Assembly (NCBI GenBank): GCA_008632985.1
Contig: QPGO01000250.1
Location: forward strand, 1 to 64,000
Length of the DNA stretch: 64,000 nucleotides
Origin: Psammoneis japonica
Lineage: Eukaryota
Direction: 5' to 3'
Of the stretch, positions 51,198 through 61,250 are shown piece by piece. Made by a program: the position numbers and the translations under genes. The first letter of the stretch is position 1, and each line of letters starts with the position of its first letter. Under the pieces are notes generated by a model. That model did no database searches, had not been told where the DNA came from, and saw only the letters and a program-made list of their open reading frames with translations.

Positions 51198-52504
51198 CTC
51201 AGTTCTGTGAACAAGGCATCCACAATGCCTTTTGCAAGCAGCAGCACTTTTTTAGAGGATGCATCAGCAAGGGGGGAATCTTTGTCAACTGCAAGCAGCA
51301 GCTCATCTTTTTGCTGAGATTGAAGATCATTTTCGATGTTCTCTTCTTTGGGCTGTTTTTTCTGAACTTTTTCTGCTTGCTTCAACTGACCTTGACAAGA
51401 CATTTTGTTTTCATCCAACTTGCCAGCATTTGTCAAGTGAAAAGAATGCTGTCTGAACAGTCAAGTGTTGCATTTTTCAGAACAATCAGAGCGCCTTTGC
51501 AGGTCTTGAGGTCAGCAGTGACGCAGGCTTTGCATGTTTGTGTGGTCACTTTGCTCAAGTTTCATCCACCAAACTGATTTTCACTTTTTGCCCAAAACAC
51601 CCCGCACAACATTGCAGCACAAAGAGCAAAGAGTTGTGACGTTGGTGAGCTGCAGTGCATGGGAGCTGCATTTCAGCACGACCACCTGGTGATCAAACCA
51701 TTCGGAACATCTGCCGGAAGAGGCCATGCAAGCAGCCTTTGGGAAGTGGGGTGTGGCTCAAGGCCAGAGCCTGTCTTTGACAACTTCTTTGGCATCAGCA
51801 TGGAGGCAATTGATGCACTGAATTCTTCCTGGCCACCAGCACCACTCTGTGGACAAAACCATGATCTCGCGCTTCCCGCGGAAAAATCCAATCTGTCTCC
51901 CACAGTCAACCCGCTCGTTGCGTGCCGGGAGCCCCACAATGCCGCACCATCCAATCCACACCCTTGCAACATGAGCTCCAGCCAGCAATCCAGGTGACTC
52001 TTGACAAACTCGCCAACACAAAATCACTTTCGCTGGCACTTGTTTGTTGTTCCTGATGACCACACTGATGCTGTTGCTCGCTGTCGACCTGGATCCTTTG
52101 TGTGCTGCAACTCCTGCAATGCCTGGTCCAAAGCTCAGCCCAACATCACGCGGCGGTTGTTTGCCACAAAATGTGACATGAGATCTGTCGAGGCTGGGCC
52201 AATTGTGGGCTTGTCAAAGGATCCATGTCCTTGTCGGGCGATGGCACACTGTGAGTTTTGACCCAAGAGCGCAAAGCAGCAACGTTCTTGCTGATGAACG
52301 GCGACTCACCATCTTCGTTCAGTGACTTTCACGTGTTTTTTTGCATTGAGATTGTTGGAGGCAGACAAAAACGAAGGAAGGAAGCGTTTTTCAGCAGGCC
52401 CTGCTGCCGCAGCCAGAACCTGCTTAAAGATGACGTCACAGTGCAAAATGCCATTTGTAGCTCGCTGCGCGACGCGGCCGAGTCGTCGTCCGGCCGTCGT
52501 CCAG

Positions 52505-52809
52505 CCACGGCCACTCTCCGAGCTCACCGCGGGGGTGTTCGTGAGACGTTATCAACTGTTCATTGCTTTAGATAAAAATTTGTTCCCTTCAAGAGCATTT
52601 CCAACGGATGGTATTTATATAGGTGCTATCTCGGCAAGCGCGCGCCCGCCGATGGATGACAGTCGTGTGAATTGAATTTGAACTTCTTCATGAACGCAAC
52701 GACTCTGTGAAAGAAAACGACGATCGGAGTGTGCAAATGCATTGCATATTGCTGAAAGACTAGACACCTACAGTACCTTGTTTGCCAACACCCACATCAA
52801 GGATCCAAC
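52505..52809 (+). promoter_or_regulatory. Putative promoter/5'UTR of the Cys-rich gene, with a TATA-like element
   Basis: tatttatata at ~52612-52621, about 190 bp upstream of ATG 52810; region duplicated at 47788-47998. Confidence 0.45.
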
Positions 52810-54213
52810 ATGTTTCGTACCGCTCCAACGCTGCTCCTTGTCATTGTACTGTCGTTCGTGACGACGCAACAAGTAGTGTCAGCAACGTGTACTCTGTGCT
52901 ACCTTGATGAGGCTCAAGATCCAAAGATAAACTCTCAGCGTTGTACCGACCTTGAAAATCTGGCGGCCACAATTGACTCTGAAAACAGCGACGAGTGTCG
53001 GTCTGTCCAAGTGGATGCCTTTCAGGAATGCGGCTGTCCGCCCGTGGCGATTTCTACGGGCGAGTGCTCCATTTGCGAGAATGATGCGGCCTTTGTCGGA
53101 AATCGTACCGTCTATCGAGACGGTGAGGATCCCATTACCTGCGTAGAGTTGCAAACCCAAGCGGGCCTAGACACGGCGTTATGTGCGGAAATTGCCAAAT
53201 ACCGATACTATTGCGGTTGCGAAAATGTGGATATTCTTCAAGACGTTTCCTGTGCTCTCTGTGGACCGGGAAAAAATGCAACACCCTTTGGAGATCGCCT
53301 ACTGCCAGGTTTGGCGCCCGACTTTATCCCTCCCGAACGCTACACGTGTGCCGAAGCCCAACGTCAAGTCAGTCTGGCGCCAACGACAGACACGTGCAAC
53401 AGCATCAAGGCGGAGTTGGGAGACACGGACATTCTCTGCGGATGCAGTCTCGCGCCGCCTCCGGAAAACTTTACCACTGTGCCTTGTCCCCAAATGTGTT
53501 TGGAACAGAATTTGATTCCTAAAGAATCTTGGAACAAAACGGCCATTGTCAATCACCAAGACTTTGGAACTAAGACGTGCTACGAATTTCAACTCATTGC
53601 TGCACAAGGACTGCTTTCTCCGCGTCAGTGCAACGCCGCGTACTATGTCGGTACCAAGCACTGTGGATGCGAAAACAACATTCAGTTTTGTGACATTTGC
53701 GAGGACGCAACTCCCGTCACTCCCGAGAATTTGGGCAAGCACATTGTCTTCAATACGACTTGCTTGGACGCAGCGGGCGATGCGTACTTTAGGAATCCAA
53801 ACGATGAGCTGTGTCCGGCGTTCCAAAACACACTTGGCCAGTACTGCGGGTGTGACAATCCGATTGCCAGCGCCAATGCCTGTCGGGTCTGTGACGTTCC
53901 TCCCGGAGAGGTCGTTCCGGACTCGTCCCAAACGCTCGTGCTGGATGGAAGCCGTCAGATCGACTGTGGAGAGTTGGAGTTTAGTGGCAATAACCCCAAG
54001 GGTGCATTTAACTGTGATCAAGCGCAATTGCTTGGTGTCCCCTGCTGCGCCAATGCACCCTCGGCGGCTCCAACCGTCACTCCGGAGACGCCATCTCCGA
54101 CAAGCGCTCCTTCTCAGCCTACTACGGAAGCGCCTTCGACTGGATATAATGTTGGTGCGTTTGAAAGTCTTGTTGTATCTCTAATCAGTGGGCTTGTGGC
54201 GATTGCAGTGTAG
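52810..54213 (+). CDS. Secreted/surface Cys-rich repeat protein (467 aa)
   Basis: Signal peptide; repeated CxxC...TC...C...CGC units; Pro/Thr/Ser stalk; hydrophobic C-terminus. Confidence 0.9.
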   Translation: MFRTAPTLLLVIVLSFVTTQQVVSATCTLCYLDEAQDPKINSQRCTDLENLAATIDSENSDECRSVQVDAFQECGCPPVAISTGECSICENDAAFVGNRTVYRDGEDPITCVELQTQAGLDTALCAEIAKYRYYCGCENVDILQDVSCALCGPGKNATPFGDRLLPGLAPDFIPPERYTCAEAQRQVSLAPTTDTCNSIKAELGDTDILCGCSLAPPPENFTTVPCPQMCLEQNLIPKESWNKTAIVNHQDFGTKTCYEFQLIAAQGLLSPRQCNAAYYVGTKHCGCENNIQFCDICEDATPVTPENLGKHIVFNTTCLDAAGDAYFRNPNDELCPAFQNTLGQYCGCDNPIASANACRVCDVPPGEVVPDSSQTLVLDGSRQIDCGELEFSGNNPKGAFNCDQAQLLGVPCCANAPSAAPTVTPETPSPTSAPSQPTTEAPSTGYNVGAFESLVVSLISGLVAIAV

Positions 54214-54912
54214 AAGTATTAGTTGAGTGGGATTATAAGCGAGTGTCAACTAATTTAAAATTCTACGCTGGTGTCGAGTGCTTAGTATTGTGTTGTATAT
54301 GAAACTTCGACTCCCAATGCTCTGTAGGGGGAGCAAACACATTCGCTACACACAACAAGCGGAGGGACCAAGATTCCTACCCCATGTCGGACTGAGAATC
54401 AATGCCGTGGCAAAGCTACTCCTACAGTACTACAAATAAATATTCTCCCTCTAAAACAATATCCGTTCTTCTCTCGGTTACTGATGGATTTTATTTTTCA
54501 CGGCAACAATGGTTTTCCCACTTATTCCTGTGAATCAACCATGATGCGTATGCGTGTTCACCTTCTCCTTTTGACATTGATCGAGTTGGTCGGTGATACC
54601 GGTGTCGTCGGAGTCGTCGTTGAATCATCATACCGGTAGCCAGTGCCGTTGTGTGTGAAAAGTGACTGACATGGTCATTATCGACATTGTGAGGATTTAT
54701 GCCTCAAAGCCAAAATTTCAAAACTGTCGTAGAAACGTACATGAGTTCTTAGTACAAAAGTCGGAGAAATCTGTGGAGTCATTTTGACCTCGCGGAGAAA
54801 CGAATAGTCACATCTTTGTTTGCAATGTACTCCCCTTTTACTCGTATTTTGTGGGAACGGTACCTACTCTCTTGTTGTGGACTTTTTATTAAAAATTGAA
54901 AGTGTCCTCGAG

Positions 54913-57900
54913 ATGATTATAGCGCGTAACAAAGCGGCTTTATTCTACCTCTTCCTTGGTTTGGTCTTCCTTGGAGCCAAACAAGTCTCTGCTCAATGTA
55001 CGATATGCGGCGCGGGTCAGACCTTACCGTTTCCTGACCGTAAGGTAATCGTAGAAGGAGCCAACGTGGCCACCTGTGCAGAGCTGGAAGCCGAAGCAGC
55101 GGCTGATGCATCTCTGTGTTCGGGATTGACCGACTTTGCTTTCTACTGTGGTTGCTCAGATACGCCCGCATGCTCACTCTGTGGGGAAGACACGACAATT
55201 CTAGAGGAGAAAGAAAATCTGGTATTGACTGGGTTGGAGCCCAGCTGGTTCCCGTCTAATGAGCAATACACCTGCCTGGTGGCTCAAGGTATTGTTTCGC
55301 TGGAAACAAGTGGTGATGCTGCCTGTCAAGCAGAGCGAGATAGTCTCGAAACTATTCAGCAGTTCTGTGGTTGCGTCGCTATGCCGTTTTACAATTGCAC
55401 AACCGTTTGCCCAGACGAGACCTTGGTAGATCCAGCGTATCGAGACGTTCAGGCCTTGGTTGAGCATCCTAGCCTCGGCTATGAAAGCTTCACGTGTGGC
55501 GAACTTGATTTGTTCGCATCTTTCGGTACCTTGTGGGGAGCCGAATGTGACGCTGCTAATTACATTGGAATAAAAAAATGCGGTTGTGCACCGCCTAATC
55601 GGCCTTACTGCGATTTGTGCGAAGATGGCAGTGTTCCGGCGGACCTTAGCACCAACATCACTTATGAAATGACATGCTACGAATACGCTGGAGATGCTTA
55701 CTTCCTTAACGAGGGTGACGACTTTTGCAATGCGTTGAAAGGAGTAGCTGGTATTTACTGCGGATGCGACAATCCAGTCGCATCAGTGGGCGCCTGCCGT
55801 ATCTGTGATGTGCCAGGTGGATTAGTGGTTCCTGACTCGAACCGAACTCTTGCGGTTGGCGACTCCTTTGTTGACTGTGGTGAACTCGAGATTCTTGGAT
55901 CAGATCCAACCAATGACTACGGTTTGCTCTGTGAGGACATGCAGGATATTGGGCAAGAAGCCTGTTGCTATGATTTTACAACAGTGCCAGAGGTGGCGGA
56001 CACCTCATCACCGACGACGAAACCAACGCTCCCACCTACTGCCGCGCCTACGGCAAAGCCAAGTGCTGCCCCAGTTGCGGCAGCAACACCACCACCAACA
56101 GGATCGCCTACCCTTGCTCCTGTCGCGGCGACAACACCTCCCCCCACTACAGTCCCTGTGGCGTCAGCTACGCCTCCTCCGAGTACTGCACCTGTGGCGT
56201 CAGCAACGCCTCCCCCGACAACTGCACCCGTGGCGGCAACAACGCCTCCCCCGACTACGGCACCCGTGGCGGCAGCAACGCCTCCCCCGAGTACTGCACC
56301 AGTGGCGGGAGCAACGCCTGCAGCAACGCCCTCACCAACGACAAAGCCTATAGACGCCACATCGCAGCCTACAGAACTTGTTCAGGGCGCCCCACCAAAT
56401 CCAACCGCATCTCCAACAGCCAAGCCAACAGAAGATCTGGGTGATAACACCGCATTCCCGACGGCCGAACCAACAGCGGAGTTGGGTCCAGGTGCGGGCA
56501 CAGGCGGGGAGACGACCTCCCCACCGGTGGTTGCAGGAAATGCCGGCGACGATTGCACTATCTGTGGACCAGAAGTGCCGTTGCCTGTTTCTGGCGCAAC
56601 CATTTACAAAGAAGGATTTGAGAATGTAACTTGTTCTGAAATGGAGCTTGCAGCCACCTTAGATGACAGTCTTTGTCCCGACCTCGCGTCTTTTGCCTTC
56701 TCTTGTGGGTGTCCCGATGTTGAACCTACCTGCACCATGTGTGAGGGAGGCGGTCGGATTCCAGCTGGCTATCAAGATTTGGTGCTGAATGGTATGGCTC
56801 CCGACTGGTTCCCGGTTGATGAAGACTTCACTTGCGGGGAATTGGAGCGTATTATCTCGGTCGCACACAACAGCACTGAATGTTTTGAAGACTATGAGCC
56901 ATTCGCGACACTTTGCGGTTGTTATGCGCCCCCGGACAACAACTGTACGTCTCTATGTCCCGATGGTACCATAATTGATCCCCTGTTTAGTGATTCCTTG
57001 ATTGTTGAGAACCATCCCATGCTCGGCACCATGACCTGTTCGCAATTTCAGCTATTGGTGGCTGATGGAGATCTGACTCTCGCACAATGTGACTCTGCGA
57101 ACTATGCTGGAATTAAGTATTGTGGTTGTCAAGAGACAATATCATTTTGCGATATTTGTGAGGATGGCAGTAAGCCGTTGTTTCTCGAGAGGGAAATTAC
57201 ATTCGCTAAAACTTGTCTGGACCATGCTGGCGACGGATACTTGCTTACTCCTGACGATGCCTTGTGCCAGGTCTATCGTGCAACCTTTGGAGAGTCTTGT
57301 GGGTGTGACAATCCCATTGCCTCGGCCGACACGTGTCGCATCTGTGACGCCGTCGGTGGCGTTGGTGTGCCCGACTCCAACTATACGATCGAAATTGATG
57401 GCGAACCAATCCAGTGCGGAGAGCTAGAGTTTCTTGCCAATATTCCAGGCTCTAACTTTACCTGCGACATTGCTACCGCGTTGGGGGAAGAGTGTTGCAG
57501 TGTCACCATGTCTCCCACCGCTGCACCCGAAAGATGTACCGTTTGTAGAAATGGATTACTTCCCTTTCCAGAACGTCAGATCTTTGGAGAAGGCTTCGAA
57601 AATGTCACCTGCGGTAGTCTCGAGGCCAGAGCGACAGCCAACGAAACGCTTTGTGGTGATCTTGCCCAGTACGAGTTTTATTGTGGATGTGCTGATGCTG
57701 ACTCGCCTTGTCCGTTGTGTGTCGTCGGCAACTCTACTCCCAAGGAGTCATTGGTTCTCAAAGGCTACGCTCCATCGTGGTTTCCAGCTGATGGCAACTA
57801 CACCTGTGGTGTAGAAGCGCAGTTGCGGTCTCTACAGAGAATCGAGTCCCAATGTTCATCGGCAACAAGCGGACTGGAGGACGTTTCCACTTTATGCGGG

Positions 57901-58761
57901 TGCTCGGTACCTGAATCGTCGAGCTGTTCCTCCCTTTGTCCTGATGGAACTCTGATTGATCCAAGCTTCAACAACGTCATGGTGATCGAAAATCACCCCG
58001 AGATCGGCAATATTTCATGCTTTGATTACCAGTTGTTGGCCTCTAGTGGCGGTTTGACTGCCGCAGAATGCGACGCAGCGCACTATGTGGGTATCAAGAT
58101 TTGCGGTTGCAACGAGACCCGCCCGTTCTGCGACATCTGTGAAGACGGCTCCGTCCCATCCGATCTGGCAAAGGAGGTCACGTTTGGCAAAACCTGCCTT
58201 GATCACGCAGCCGACGCTTATTTTACAAATCCGAACGAAGATTTGTGCAAAGCTATACAAGCAAGCTATGGCGAGTACTGCATGTGCAACAACGTCTTGG
58301 CTGGGCAGGATGCGTGCCGCATATGCCCTGGTGGTGCAGCCGTCGCCAATTCGAACTACACTGTCAGAATTGGTAACTTTTCAGTTGATTGCGGAAACCT
58401 AGAGTTTACGGGAAATGATCCTGCTGCAGCATTTACATGTGACCATGTGAGGGCGTTTGGTCCTGAATGCTGTGGGCCGACGGACCCGCCGACAAGCGGT
58501 CCGACTAGCATTGCTACCTCGAGTCCAACTAGCGCTGCTACTCAAACTCCAACCAGCGTTGATACTTCTGATCCAGCTCCTTTCTCCAGTGGCAGAGAGG
58601 GCGTACTCGAGCAACAAGGGTCTCCGCCTCCCGTTCCTGAAACGAATGGGGCGCTGTTTTCACCGACTTCAGGCGGCAAAAGTATCCTGGTCAGCAGAAG
58701 CACACCTCTTGGCCTAGTCAGTTTCTTCCTCTTAGGAAGCCTGGCTGGTCTCGTTCTGTAG
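54913..58761 (+). CDS. Large secreted/surface Cys-rich repeat protein (1282 aa from ATG 54913), paralog of the preceding gene
   Basis: Signal peptide MIIARNKAALFYLFLGLVFLGAKQVSA; three ~330-aa Cys-rich super-repeats; mucin-like linker; hydrophobic C-terminal tail. Confidence 0.92.
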   Translation: MIIARNKAALFYLFLGLVFLGAKQVSAQCTICGAGQTLPFPDRKVIVEGANVATCAELEAEAAADASLCSGLTDFAFYCGCSDTPACSLCGEDTTILEEKENLVLTGLEPSWFPSNEQYTCLVAQGIVSLETSGDAACQAERDSLETIQQFCGCVAMPFYNCTTVCPDETLVDPAYRDVQALVEHPSLGYESFTCGELDLFASFGTLWGAECDAANYIGIKKCGCAPPNRPYCDLCEDGSVPADLSTNITYEMTCYEYAGDAYFLNEGDDFCNALKGVAGIYCGCDNPVASVGACRICDVPGGLVVPDSNRTLAVGDSFVDCGELEILGSDPTNDYGLLCEDMQDIGQEACCYDFTTVPEVADTSSPTTKPTLPPTAAPTAKPSAAPVAAATPPPTGSPTLAPVAATTPPPTTVPVASATPPPSTAPVASATPPPTTAPVAATTPPPTTAPVAAATPPPSTAPVAGATPAATPSPTTKPIDATSQPTELVQGAPPNPTASPTAKPTEDLGDNTAFPTAEPTAELGPGAGTGGETTSPPVVAGNAGDDCTICGPEVPLPVSGATIYKEGFENVTCSEMELAATLDDSLCPDLASFAFSCGCPDVEPTCTMCEGGGRIPAGYQDLVLNGMAPDWFPVDEDFTCGELERIISVAHNSTECFEDYEPFATLCGCYAPPDNNCTSLCPDGTIIDPLFSDSLIVENHPMLGTMTCSQFQLLVADGDLTLAQCDSANYAGIKYCGCQETISFCDICEDGSKPLFLEREITFAKTCLDHAGDGYLLTPDDALCQVYRATFGESCGCDNPIASADTCRICDAVGGVGVPDSNYTIEIDGEPIQCGELEFLANIPGSNFTCDIATALGEECCSVTMSPTAAPERCTVCRNGLLPFPERQIFGEGFENVTCGSLEARATANETLCGDLAQYEFYCGCADADSPCPLCVVGNSTPKESLVLKGYAPSWFPADGNYTCGVEAQLRSLQRIESQCSSATSGLEDVSTLCGCSVPESSSCSSLCPDGTLIDPSFNNVMVIENHPEIGNISCFDYQLLASSGGLTAAECDAAHYVGIKICGCNETRPFCDICEDGSVPSDLAKEVTFGKTCLDHAADAYFTNPNEDLCKAIQASYGEYCMCNNVLAGQDACRICPGGAAVANSNYTVRIGNFSVDCGNLEFTGNDPAAAFTCDHVRAFGPECCGPTDPPTSGPTSIATSSPTSAATQTPTSVDTSDPAPFSSGREGVLEQQGSPPPVPETNGALFSPTSGGKSILVSRSTPLGLVSFFLLGSLAGLVL
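56065..56325 (+). repeat. 39-bp coding tandem repeat (TAPVAxxTPPPx), about 6 copies
   Basis: actgcacc.gtggcg.cagcaacgcctcccccg units visible in DNA and protein. Confidence 0.9.
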
Positions 58762-60500
58762 TCGAAGCATATTCCTTGGAGACGACGGTCACCTTGGGAC
58801 GGTACTATTTTGTTTACATAAAGATTGTAGGGAATACATCTGTAAAAGTTCATTACATAAGTTCGATGTAACAGCTCCGTTTCGCTGTTTTCTTGAATTG
58901 ATCTAGAAGATCGTCTCAGGCATTAGTGAGGTGTACTCAACGAAGTTTGCCGGGAACATCTAAACGCATCACCTTCCACGTCCAGAGCGGGAGCAATTTG
59001 CTAAGCTCTTCTTCTAACTCTGGATTTTTGTCACCGTTGTCGATCTCTCAATCCCTCTGAAAACTTGATAAGCCTTTTTTAAAAATGACTTTGCAGCCGT
59101 AGAGCTTTTTCTTTTTTGCGTTTGACGCATCTTTTGTTGGCAAAAAGGCTTGGCAGGCGACCTGCTTGCATGCATTGCTAATGTAACTACGGTGCCTGTG
59201 TTTCTTGGGGACCCTTCATGTACGGCACGATATTCCGAAGCAAATCACCGAACGATTTCGTATTGGTAGGATGCATCCACCATATCCAGCAGATCGAGCT
59301 CGTTCCCTACATCTCTGTAAGAAGGAGGCGCAAATAGACTCAGATTGTGGGCCATATTCATTTGATCGGTACCCTTTCCACTTGTGGAGGCTGGTCCGTC
59401 CAGCCTGAGGGTCTTGAATTACCGCAAATCGAGCGGGGAACTATCAAGACCAAAACTTTCCATTCACGATCTCCAAGACACTACTACGTGAAACTCGATT
59501 GGCAAAAGTCAGAGGGGGTGTGTTCTCAGATATAGGAACGAAAAAGCTTTCCAACAAATACTTCGCCTCTGCTCCTGCAATTTTCCCGTCAAGTGCGAGA
59601 GCGACATCTGAATTTGCTTCTCTTCTGGCAAGCCAAAAGAAAGTCCATAAGTCATTCAGGTCTGTCAAAACTGAAACGACAGAATGTTTGGGGTTTGGGC
59701 ACGCCGCTGTTAAGTGTGTCACCGACTGCCTGCGGGGTGTGATCCTTCTCCCGTAAGTTCTTGGGTCGCTCTTCAATTCAAGCAGGACTTCAGTTTTTTT
59801 TAACTGGGCACAGAGTTAAAGAGCCCATTGAGAAGGACGGGGAACAGAAGAAGGAGGCACGGAAGTGGCTGCACCAGTGGAAGGGATGCATGATGCATGA
59901 TGCAGCTGTGGGGCGCTTGGCAGAAGGCGGAAAGGAGGAGCGCGCGAAGAGCGGAGCATCTCTACAGTATGATAGCTAGAGGAAAGATGATGCGCCAGCC
60001 AGGTTGCAGCCAGATGTTCTGAATGGCCCACGACACGTGCCGCCAAAGCGAGCGGTTCCGGCAAGCTTTTCGTGCTAGTTGGTGGTTCGTGTTCGCACAA
60101 CCCTTCTCAACGGACATTACTTAGGGTAACCTCGGGTTGACCTGTACCATATTGCGATACTGCTAGTTTTCTAGACCTCTAGAAAAATCGCAATAACAAA
60201 TTGATTCTCTTTTGTGGATAGCCAATCTCTAGAAAAGTAGCATTATTACATGCATGCGATGTATGTCCGTTGCATCCAAATTTTAAAAGAGACAAGGCCA
60301 ACGAAACAGCACATCAAATGCCATTGCGGCCGCACTCTTCACCATGGCCAGCAAACGTGGTAGCAACGGTGGCGCCAGGAAAGGTGCTGGATGGCCTCGC
60401 ATTTCCATGACTCCTCATGGGAAGTGGAAAGAGTTTCTTTCGAGGTGAGTTGGGGGGGGGGGGGCTGCTGGAGAGAAAGCCCCGTTCGAAGCCGTGCCAG

Positions 60501-60548
60501 ATTCTGGCTTTCGCATCACAAACAATTCTGGCTTTCGCACCACAAACA
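60501..60548. repeat. 24-bp tandem duplication
   Basis: attctggctttcgcatcacaaaca / attctggctttcgcaccacaaaca. Confidence 0.9.
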
Positions 60549-61039
60549 TTGCTCAGCTCTGCCAGACGCTCACCGCGTCAGTGAGCAATGCCGATTGCAG
60601 TGACATCTCTGCTGGATTGTTGCTCTCCGGATTGGTTGATGGCGAGATCTGTCTGGCTCCGCACGGCCGCACGAAACTCAAGTCATTTGGTGCACGGCAC
60701 TTGCGACGAGAGCAGGGAAAATGCAAAAGCCTGCAATCTCAGTTTCTGCTTTGCGACACAAAACAACATGAGTCATCAGCCATGGTGTTGTCAATGCTTT
60801 CAACATTGTTGTCGTTCCGTGAAAAAAATCCTGTGCTTTTTGGCCCACGAAGCGGAATTTTGAACGGAGAAATGTCATTTGAACAGACACCGCAAGTGAG
60901 TTGAATCGTTTCCAGCACCTCAGCCACAGCAAATGTAGAAAAAAGGTGGATGAGTGCATTCTGGGCACGGTCTGCAGCAGTCTCTTCAAAAAGCAGGGCA
61001 ATCCGACCAAGTGGCCTTCTTGCATTTTCATTGTTGACG

Positions 61040-61250
61040 ACGACAACGAATCTTGATGCGGTGGGGCACACCACCAAGGCAACCCATCGTTCGTCAAGTT
61101 CTGTCAGATGAGAGCAAGCTCGCACGTAAATTTGTCATGCGGGTGACATGGCAGGGCCCTGTGTGTTTTCTCATCAATCTGCTCTGGCTGCCGCATCCGC
61201 AGAGCATCACCGGTAAAAAGGTGGTAGAATCGAGAGGCTGGAGAGGACGA
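61040..61250 (+). pseudogene. Possible degraded DUF6824-like domain
   Basis: CGGAHHQGNPSF and SKLARKFVMRVTWQGPVCFL in adjacent frames resemble CGRG..H.GN..F and K..IA..IV..V...G.RFL. Confidence 0.25.
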
